DNA of 34,024 nucleotides. It comes from Candidatus Micrarchaeota archaeon. Lineage in GTDB: Archaea > Micrarchaeota > Micrarchaeia > Norongarragalinales > UBA8480. Where the stretch lies: positions 1-34,024 of the forward strand of contig JAZDHP010000042.1 in the NCBI GenBank assembly GCA_043805855.1, written 5' to 3'. The first letter of the stretch is position 1. The number at the start of each line of letters is the position of its first letter. The notes under the pieces were generated by a model. That model was not told the DNA's origin. It ran no database searches and saw only the letters and a program-made list of their open reading frames with translations. Below, one piece after another: positions 1 to 6,488 of the stretch. Position numbers and translations under genes: made by a program.

Positions 1-360
1 GCTTTTGTACCTGGCGAATTGTTCAGCGAAATAAACGCGTTTTTCTTTGTGTTAATAGTTTCACTCTTGTTGTTTGGGCTAGGCGGCGTAGTTGCAATGC
101 CACTTGAAGGGCTAAAGTATGGCTCAATGTTATTTGCAATGTTTTCAGGTCAAGTTTCTAACTTTCACGTTTTTGACTTGCTTTTCATTATCCCGCAGTT
201 ACTCGCTTGTGTTGCAGCAACGACGCTTAGTTCTGGGCTAATAAGCGACTACCGAGGAAAAGGAAACGTCTTTTCGTATTGGAATCGTGCGGTTAAATAC
301 TTTATACTTGGAATTGTTCTCCTGGTTGTCCTGCTCGTTGTACGGCAGTTCATGGTGTAG
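1..360 (+). CDS. Multi-pass membrane protein, 5'-truncated by the window edge; SpoIIM-like appearance
   Basis: Frame is open from base 1 (GCT TTT GTA...) to TAG at 358-360. It has several hydrophobic helices. 'FIIPQLLACVAATTL' loosely recalls the SpoIIM-family 'lPHgi.El.a' helix (weak). Confidence 0.6.
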   Translation, partial: AFVPGELFSEINAFFFVLIVSLLLFGLGGVVAMPLEGLKYGSMLFAMFSGQVSNFHVFDLLFIIPQLLACVAATTLSSGLISDYRGKGNVFSYWNRAVKYFILGIVLLVVLLVVRQFMV

Positions 361-364
361 CTAA

Positions 365-814
365 ATGATTGAACTATTTTCCATATTAACAACGTTGTCT
401 GACCTCTCTTTCGTAATTAAAATAATTGTATTTTCCTATTTGCTTTACTGGCTGTTCGTTGTTTTCCGCGAACAACAACTACTTATGGGCTTAATGACTG
501 TAGTGGCAGCGTATTTCATGTTTTTCCACGCGGTTTCAGTAACCGTGCTTGTTTTACTATTCTTTGTGTTCATCGTGATGTCCGGACACTTCCAGTTCGT
601 AATTGACATGGGTCTGTTGCCAATTTTAGGCATGTTTGGCTTCCATGAAGGATCGGGCGACGAAGCGAAAATGAACGAAATACAGAAAAAACTAATGGAA
701 GGTCACCAGTTGTCACAACACGAAATTGAACTGTTCAAAGCAAATCAAGTTAAACAAGCTAATTACGAGAAACGCGCACAGCAAATAATCGGAGGGCAAC
801 GGGGATTCCAATGA
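365..814 (+). CDS. Small membrane protein (3-4 TM helices plus a charged helical C-terminal tail)
   Basis: 149-aa ORF starting 4 nt after the previous stop. The N-terminal ~90 aa are hydrophobic. Its stop overlaps the next start (ATGA). Confidence 0.8.
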   Translation: MIELFSILTTLSDLSFVIKIIVFSYLLYWLFVVFREQQLLMGLMTVVAAYFMFFHAVSVTVLVLLFFVFIVMSGHFQFVIDMGLLPILGMFGFHEGSGDEAKMNEIQKKLMEGHQLSQHEIELFKANQVKQANYEKRAQQIIGGQRGFQ

Positions 815-1083
815 TTCTCTTTCTAAGCGACATAATGTTCTGGCTTGACCTACTAAAGTGGCTAGTTCTACTTTGGCTTGCATTTTACTACTACAACTGG
901 GCAAAAGAACACCTGCCTTTCTCGCCGTTACTGGCAATGGCAGTTGGGTTCATTTTAATTTACTACTTAGTAATAGAACACCCTATAATCGGCGCAGTTG
1001 GGTATTTAGGCTGGGCTATAATGTCGTCCACGCTATTGTTATTAATCCCGTCGCTATTCAGACTATTCAGCTTGAAAAGATAA
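811..1083 (+). CDS. Small membrane protein (about 3 TM helices)
   Basis: 90-aa hydrophobic ORF with an ATGA overlap to the upstream gene. Its helix pattern resembles 365-814 and 1704-1934. Confidence 0.75.
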   Translation: MILFLSDIMFWLDLLKWLVLLWLAFYYYNWAKEHLPFSPLLAMAVGFILIYYLVIEHPIIGAVGYLGWAIMSSTLLLLIPSLFRLFSLKR

Positions 1084-1169
1084 ACAAATAGAAAGAAAAA
1101 CGAAATGAAAAAATGAACTAGAAAACAAAGAAAAGAAGAAAGAGAAAAAAACAATAAGAAGTGATAAAA

Positions 1170-1298
1170 ATGAGTTTTAAAGAAACTTTGAAATTTTACA
1201 AATTTGCCAACAAGCAACGCGATGAGTTTTACAGAAAAGGCCCCCAGCGCGGCCTTTTAAACCACGGCAACCAAGAAACTGGAGATGTGATAAAATGA
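1170..1298 (+). CDS. Possible 42-aa leader/uORF sharing its first 21 residues with the downstream protein
   Basis: Translates as MSFKETLKFYKFANKQRDEFYRKGPQRGLLNHGNQETGDVIK*. Its TGA (1296-1298) overlaps the ATG at 1295. Confidence 0.35.
   Translation: MSFKETLKFYKFANKQRDEFYRKGPQRGLLNHGNQETGDVIK
1235..1258. other. 8-bp stem hairpin (AAAAGGCC-8 nt-GGCCTTTT) immediately after repeat copy 1
   Basis: Perfect inverted repeat at 1235-1242 and 1251-1258. The 3' arm overlaps a TATA-like TTTTAAA (1255-1261). Confidence 0.6.
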
Positions 1299-1663
1299 GT
1301 TTTAAAGAAACTTTGAAATTTTACAAATTTGCCAACAAGCAACGCGATGAGTTTTACAGCATCAAATGGCGATTGTTCGTTACAGCGATTATAGTTGTAA
1401 TAATGTGGTTCGTTTACAACCACTTGCAAACAACATATCCATCTGCCCCTGAAATGGCGATAATTTCAGCAGCAAGCGGCACAGCTGTACAGGCAAGTGA
1501 CCGTTTGTTCAACTGGTTTGTAACTGGCTTTTTCGTCGGTTTCCTCGCGTTTGCACTGATGTTCGAAGGCGAGTTTTTAATAGCGTCGATGAAAATTTCC
1601 AAACTGTTAAAAAACGAGCCAATTGCTCCAATTCGAAAAACAAAGAAGGCCAAACGTATATAG
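1295..1663 (+). CDS. Small membrane protein (2 TM helices, basic C-terminal tail)
   Basis: 122-aa ORF with two hydrophobic segments and an SD-like GGAGATGTGA upstream. Confidence 0.8.
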   Translation: MSFKETLKFYKFANKQRDEFYSIKWRLFVTAIIVVIMWFVYNHLQTTYPSAPEMAIISAASGTAVQASDRLFNWFVTGFFVGFLAFALMFEGEFLIASMKISKLLKNEPIAPIRKTKKAKRI

Positions 1664-1703
1664 GCGGCAGTTTTAAAACTACGTTTAGCCTAATTTCTCT
1701 TAT

Positions 1704-1934
1704 ATGTTGTTCAGTTTTTTCGACGATTTGAGCCTCGTTGTACTTATACTGTTAATGTTTACTATTTACAGCACTTTGAAAAAAGGTTGGGTTCCGTCAG
1801 CTACAATTGCAATTCTAGTAACTATAGTTATAACCCTCTTGGTGCTGGTTCCATATGTGTGGTTCCGCTACCTGTTATTTGTCATCCTGGTACTCGGCGC
1901 TGGGCTAAAGTCAATTGATGTAAAAAAGTGGTAA
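1704..1934 (+). CDS. Small membrane protein (about 3 TM helices)
   Basis: 76-aa hydrophobic ORF. TATA-like TTTTAAAA at 1671-1678. Confidence 0.75.
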   Translation: MLFSFFDDLSLVVLILLMFTIYSTLKKGWVPSATIAILVTIVITLLVLVPYVWFRYLLFVILVLGAGLKSIDVKKW

Positions 1935-1938
1935 TTAA

Positions 1939-2235
1939 ATGGATTTCACTTTTCTCTTTATAACCGTGTTAATGGTCCTAGCTGCACAAAGCGGAATGCT
2001 CTGGGTTGCAGTTGGCCTCTTTCTGTTGCTTTTGTTAAGCGCAAAGAGTAAAATGTTGTTAATCGCAACTGTAATTGGCGCAGTTTTAATCGCGCTTGTT
2101 TCCTTTGGTGGAATCGGTAATAATTACTTGATAATTGGCGGGCTTTTCGTAATAATGTTAATAATTGTAAAGAAAGATGCAGATTCGCCACAACAGCCTG
2201 ACCAAATGGCAATGTACGGCGGGTACGGAGGTTAG
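1939..2235 (+). CDS. Small membrane protein (about 4 short TM helices, P/Q/G/Y tail)
   Basis: 98-aa hydrophobic ORF starting 4 nt after the upstream stop. Confidence 0.8.
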   Translation: MDFTFLFITVLMVLAAQSGMLWVAVGLFLLLLLSAKSKMLLIATVIGAVLIALVSFGGIGNNYLIIGGLFVIMLIIVKKDADSPQQPDQMAMYGGYGG

Positions 2236-2243
2236 AGAAAAAG

Positions 2244-2600
2244 ATGAACTTAAATCCAATGACTGTAATTCTCCTGCTAATCCTCGCGTTTTTCTTCTAC
2301 TCGCAGGGGTATGTTTTCTTTTTCTTCATAACCCTAGCAATTGGGTTCATTTTACTCCTAACTTCCGCTGTTTCTCCCAGTTATTCATCATCGTCAGCGC
2401 ACCATGACTGTGAAGGGCATTCTTCTTCAGTGTACCCGGAAAAAATGCAAATTCAAGTTACAGGAACCCCACCAGAATTCTACGGACCAAATGAATTCAG
2501 CGAAGGTATGGCTAGCACAATTGATTTTGCTGGAAGACTAATTGGTAAACTACTTCCAAAACACGAGCCAATAGAGGATGAGCCAGAAAAGAAGAAATAA
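2244..2600 (+). CDS. Membrane protein (N-terminal TM hairpin plus soluble tail)
   Basis: 118 aa. Two short TM helices followed by a Ser/His-rich linker containing AHH. Confidence 0.8.
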   Translation: MNLNPMTVILLLILAFFFYSQGYVFFFFITLAIGFILLLTSAVSPSYSSSSAHHDCEGHSSSVYPEKMQIQVTGTPPEFYGPNEFSEGMASTIDFAGRLIGKLLPKHEPIEDEPEKKK

Positions 2601-2618
2601 AAGAGGAAGCAAATTCCA

Positions 2619-2984
2619 ATGAGTTCAATGTCAACCTCACAAATGATAATTGGTTTATGTGCATTAGTAGCACTTTTTCTAAATATACAGTGGCTTTTCC
2701 TCTCGATGTTATTATTGTTCGGAGCGCTTTTCGCAGCAGAAAGTCTGCAAGAACGCCCTAACTACGCTCATCACTCAAGTGAAAAGTATGAAACAAAACA
2801 CGAACAGCCGTCTCCAGGATTTCTTGACCCGTTGATTGCCAACCTAACTTTAAACCAATTTGAAATTAACAATAAAAGAGAAAAGAAAGACGCAGAAAAG
2901 TTAGAGGCGGCAAAAGCAAAGAGATGGGGAAAAGAAGTAAAGAAGGATGAAAAAGAAGAAAAGAAAGACGACGATAAAAAGTAG
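2619..2984 (+). CDS. Membrane protein (N-terminal TM hairpin plus charged tail), likely paralog of 2244-2600
   Basis: 121 aa with the same architecture, including AHH after the TM hairpin, and a K/E/D-rich end. Confidence 0.8.
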   Translation: MSSMSTSQMIIGLCALVALFLNIQWLFLSMLLLFGALFAAESLQERPNYAHHSSEKYETKHEQPSPGFLDPLIANLTLNQFEINNKREKKDAEKLEAAKAKRWGKEVKKDEKEEKKDDDKK

Positions 2985-2993
2985 CACTAGTTT

Positions 2994-3437
2994 CTAGAAC
3001 ATTGTTCCCATCTTTGACTTTTCGCCGTCTGTTTTCTTACTGAGTTTAACCAGTAGCTCGCGGTTACTTTCGAGTATTTTTTTGTTAACTTCTTGCAATG
3101 CTTTTAGCAGCGCGATTATTTGGTCCATTTTGTCTTCCATTTCGTCAGCGTTTCCCAAATTAGTCGACGCAACTTTGTGCATTAACTCCTTTGTCTCGCT
3201 TTCAATATCTTCGCCGCTCGCCGCGGTTGCATCGCTATCAACGTCTACAGTTTCTTCTTTCTCTTTTTTTATCTTGGTTATTTTCAAGCTGCCCTTTGGT
3301 GCTGGTGTTTCTTTTAACACTTCAGCAACTTTCTCCTCAGCGTTTTCTATTCCTAATTCTTTCAAGTTAGAAATAATGTCTTTTTCACTCATTCCTGACG
3401 TTTTCATTTGCTTTATAATTGCCGTTACATCTGCCAT
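2994..3437 (-). CDS. Hypothetical protein: N-terminal small helical domain, acidic linker, C-terminal coiled coil
   Basis: 147 aa. 'IIKQMKTSGMSEKDIISNLKELG' is a small helical motif, and 'MDQIIALLKALQEVNKKILESNRELL' has a heptad pattern. Confidence 0.8.
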   Translation of the reverse strand: MADVTAIIKQMKTSGMSEKDIISNLKELGIENAEEKVAEVLKETPAPKGSLKITKIKKEKEETVDVDSDATAASGEDIESETKELMHKVASTNLGNADEMEDKMDQIIALLKALQEVNKKILESNRELLVKLSKKTDGEKSKMGTMF

Positions 3438-3474
3438 GTCAAACCCTTTTTGTTATTCTTTTATTTAACTTAAG

Positions 3475-3852
3475 TTATTTTACAAATTCAACGTTTTCCA
3501 AGTCTTTAAACGCTTGGTCTCCAGTTACGAACTTTAGATTGTTTTCAATTGCTATTTGGTATCCAATTGCGTCAACATAAGAAACGTTGAGCTTTTTCTC
3601 TTGTTTTAATTTTAGTCGAAGTTCCATTGCAAGTTGCATTGTTTCCCTTGAATATTTAAAAACAATTGGCAATAGTAACTTGTGTTGATTTCTAGCAGTT
3701 TTTGCGTCGTAGTCTCTTAAAACTTGGTAATATAATTCCATTAAATTTAGTTCACTCGTTAAACTGTCGCTAACGATTGCGAATTTTGCATAAGCTGGGT
3801 TTTTCTTTGCTATTTCAATTAAAGCGTAAGTGTCTAGAAAGTATTGCGGCAT
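3475..3852 (-). CDS. vapC: PIN-domain toxin (VapC family)
   Basis: PIN motifs 'YFLDTYALIE', 'ELNLME', 'SYVDAIGY' and 'FVTGDQAF'. The start is placed at MPQYF (3852), just after the antitoxin stop; the ORF track starts at 3867. Confidence 0.9.
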   Translation of the reverse strand: MPQYFLDTYALIEIAKKNPAYAKFAIVSDSLTSELNLMELYYQVLRDYDAKTARNQHKLLLPIVFKYSRETMQLAMELRLKLKQEKKLNVSYVDAIGYQIAIENNLKFVTGDQAFKDLENVEFVK

Positions 3853-3854
3853 AG

Positions 3855-4070
3855 CTAAGCGCCCCATGCGTCTCTAAGTTCATTTTTTGTTTTTTGGCTG
3901 TCTATTTTCCAACCCTTAAGCGAACCATATGCTCTTTTCAAAGGATCCTGTTCTTTCAAATGCGTTTGTATAATTTCAGTTATTCCTAGTGATAAGTTGC
4001 CGTTAAACATTTGTCTAACTCGCGTAGCTAAAAAATCGTCAATAACAATTGTTGTCCTAACTTGGGTCAT
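3855..4070 (-). CDS. vapB: Antitoxin (VapB, RHH-type)
   Basis: 71 aa directly upstream of vapC. N-terminal 'RTTIVIDD' beta-strand and C-terminal 'AYGSLKGW...ELRDAW' are typical of archaeal VapB. Confidence 0.8.
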   Translation of the reverse strand: MTQVRTTIVIDDFLATRVRQMFNGNLSLGITEIIQTHLKEQDPLKRAYGSLKGWKIDSQKTKNELRDAWGA

Positions 4071-4176
4071 AATGCATCACGCATACTTAATACTGCTTAC
4101 TTATATTTAAAGCTATTGTTGGCTTATTGATGCGCGTGTCGTTTGTTTTTTATTTAAACTCAACGTTATAGTTGCA

Positions 4177-5532
4177 ATGGAAATTGACTTACCTAAGTGG
4201 AAAAAGCTAGTTGAAATGCAATACGACGCCCATCTGTTGCAAATTTTTGAAAAAAACAACGCTTTGCTAATGGTGGTTCCAGAGCAAAGAAGCGACCGCA
4301 CAATCGGGTTTGCCTGCACTGCTTGTAAACCTTTTATTGCAAAAGGCGATGTAAGTAGCTTAAGCGCAACGCGTTTTCCATCTGAATTGACCGTTGTAAA
4401 AAAATTTAACGCTGGCGTAGAACAATCGTTTGTACTTGCTTTTACCAAGCCATCCTACGCGCGTAATTTAAAAGCTTCACTTGCTGCTGTTGCGCGGTTA
4501 CATGAAAAGGCACTTATCGACGTGCAGGAAAACGTGAAAAGCGCGTGTAAAAATATTGAACTAACTGACGCTGTTAATGCAAATGGCGAAAATGCTGTTC
4601 TTGCAGATTCCTCACTTTTGTTTTCGTTTCTTTCGCACTTGCGTTCAGCTGCAAAGCAACAGCAAAGCCAAAGTATAATTGGACTTGACTTGAAAGGCGA
4701 CGCTGTAACTTGTTCAGTTCCTTCGCTTTCCCTTGGGTTAGTTGTAGGCGGCCAAACGCGCGATCGCCTCCACGTTTTGCACTTGCTAATGGAAGAGGCG
4801 CTGTTGCAAAACACTAACGTAATTGTGTTTGACACCTGCGATAAATTCGTTGGGCTCAGCCAGCCAAGTTCAATTGACATTAACGATTTTATTTCATTTT
4901 CCCTTCCTGGCTTAGCAGTTGGTTTTCCAGTTCAGGAGATTTCACCAGGTCAAAACACTTTTATCCCATTATCTTCGTTTAACACTGGCGCACTTCTAAC
5001 GCCGTTTAACTTGCATGAAAATGAAATTACGCCGTTTCTAGAAAAAGCAATCAGCGAGAAAACAGTTCCAGACGCGCCACAGTACACTCAGTTGCGTGTG
5101 CAGCGAATGGCTCAAACTGTAAAGCAAGCATTTCAAGGCATTTTTACTGAAACAGTTCACGAATTGCCGTTCAATAATGGAATTGGAAAAGTGTTCCACG
5201 TTAATTTAAGTAAGTGTTCAAAAGAAGCGCGCCTATTTTTTGCTATTGGACTTGTTAAAGAATTGCAAAAAGTGGAAAAGCCCACATTTCTCGTGTTTGA
5301 GCAAGAAGCGTGTGAGTTGAAAACCATGCTTGAACTAACAGTCGACGCGTTTGCAGGTTCAAACGTTTCCATACTATGCCACTGCGAGCACGAAAACGAA
5401 GTACCATTGTTGAAGTCAGCGGATTTCTTTGCCGAGGTTGTTATTGGCAGCGAAGTTGCAATAACTCAAGGCGGTAAACCGCCGCAACGCGTAAAACTAC
5501 GGCCGACGTATTCGGCGTGTAGTGAAAATTAG
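4177..5532 (+). CDS. HerA/VirB4 (DUF87-like) P-loop fold protein with degenerate Walker motifs
   Basis: 'IIGLD...LGLVVGGQTRDRLHVLHLLMEEALLQNTNVIVFDTCDKFVGL' follows the HerA N-terminal pattern (hhhGxxGxGKS...hhEE...hhhDxxGEY) but lacks GKS. The Walker B equivalent reads 'FLVFEQEA'. Confidence 0.65.
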   Translation: MEIDLPKWKKLVEMQYDAHLLQIFEKNNALLMVVPEQRSDRTIGFACTACKPFIAKGDVSSLSATRFPSELTVVKKFNAGVEQSFVLAFTKPSYARNLKASLAAVARLHEKALIDVQENVKSACKNIELTDAVNANGENAVLADSSLLFSFLSHLRSAAKQQQSQSIIGLDLKGDAVTCSVPSLSLGLVVGGQTRDRLHVLHLLMEEALLQNTNVIVFDTCDKFVGLSQPSSIDINDFISFSLPGLAVGFPVQEISPGQNTFIPLSSFNTGALLTPFNLHENEITPFLEKAISEKTVPDAPQYTQLRVQRMAQTVKQAFQGIFTETVHELPFNNGIGKVFHVNLSKCSKEARLFFAIGLVKELQKVEKPTFLVFEQEACELKTMLELTVDAFAGSNVSILCHCEHENEVPLLKSADFFAEVVIGSEVAITQGGKPPQRVKLRPTYSACSEN

Positions 5533-5567
5533 ATTATTAAGATTCAAATCAAAAGTAACTCAAAAAA

Positions 5568-6017
5568 TTAATTGTTTTGAATGGCTTTGTAGCAATTGGC
5601 TAATTTTACCATCGGAGTAATGACTTCTTCCGATGCATTTAATCCGGCGAAATTCGTTTGTGAATTTGTAATTGTATCTATAAACATTAAAAATTCGTCT
5701 GCGTTTACAATTTTACTGTACGCTTTTTGGTGAGAAGCTAGTGCTTCTAAGCAAGTTTGGTTAACTTCTTCATTTGTAGCAAATTTGCTTATGCATTGAA
5801 TATTTCCAGTTGTTTTGATACAATCGTGAAATACGGTCGAGTTACAATTTTCTTTGCAAGATCCCAGCCAAACTAAAGGTGGCAGACTATAGCTTAAGTA
5901 ACTCGGCTCGCCTAGGTAAGTTAAAAACCCTCGTTTTTCTTGAGCACCGTTATAGTAACCAAAGCTTATGATCAAAGCTATTGCTAAAATTCCTATTATA
6001 ATTAGTTTTAAGTCCAT
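5568..6017 (-). CDS. Secreted or membrane-anchored Cys-rich hypothetical protein
   Basis: 149 aa with an N-terminal hydrophobic helix, 6 Cys and N-x-S/T sequons. Confidence 0.7.
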   Translation of the reverse strand: MDLKLIIIGILAIALIISFGYYNGAQEKRGFLTYLGEPSYLSYSLPPLVWLGSCKENCNSTVFHDCIKTTGNIQCISKFATNEEVNQTCLEALASHQKAYSKIVNADEFLMFIDTITNSQTNFAGLNASEEVITPMVKLANCYKAIQNN

Positions 6018-6026
6018 ACGCTTAGT

Positions 6027-6428
6027 TCACTTCTTCTTCAGCTTATCGAGTCGTTTTGCAATTGCTTCTTCAACTAAATCGTCGAGTTGGCTTATTGTTA
6101 CGAATTCCAGCGGGTTGATCAGGCCAACGGTGTATTTCATGTTGTAAATTTCGCTTTTAATCGTCTCATTTTCTTTCAAAGCTTTTTCTAGTTCTTCGCG
6201 TAACGTGCCAATATCTGTGCTTTGTTGTTCGTCTGTTTGCATTGATGCAAGCCCGCCGCTACCTTCTTCTATTTTTTTCATCCTTTCAGTAATTTTAAAC
6301 AAAGAGTTTGCAATTGTCAAGTTTTGCGTCTCAAGTCGCTTTAGTTTTTCTGCAAGTAGGTTTATTTTTGAATCGACACTTTTAACGTCGGCGCGTATAA
6401 CATCTATAGCTTTAACTTCAGTTGGCAT
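6027..6428 (-). CDS. Coiled-coil hypothetical protein
   Basis: 133 aa with two heptad-rich segments and a C-terminal 'INPLEFVT' motif. Divergent from polB. Confidence 0.8.
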   Translation of the reverse strand: MPTEVKAIDVIRADVKSVDSKINLLAEKLKRLETQNLTIANSLFKITERMKKIEEGSGGLASMQTDEQQSTDIGTLREELEKALKENETIKSEIYNMKYTVGLINPLEFVTISQLDDLVEEAIAKRLDKLKKK

Positions 6429-6488
6429 AAGTTCCTTACCTTATGAATTTAAACAATGATTGACCTTTTAATACTTTATATATAAGTT

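Larger units (their letters stand above)
1161..1359 (+). repeat. Direct repeat of a gene start: 1170-1234 is identical to 1295-1359 (65 bp), and extends to 1161/1287 with a 1-nt indel
   Basis: ATGAGTTTTAAAGAAACTTTGAAATTTTACAAATTTGCCAACAAGCAACGCGATGAGTTTTACAG occurs twice, 125 bp apart. The copies are preceded by GTGATAAAA and GTGATAAA. Confidence 0.97.

Noticed and set aside
1161..1359. Repeat plus hairpin as a diversity-generating retroelement TR/VR pair or a CRISPR array
   Set aside because: The copies have no adenine-specific substitutions, the repeat is at a gene's 5' end, and there is no reverse transcriptase. Two 65-bp copies with no cas genes do not fit CRISPR.
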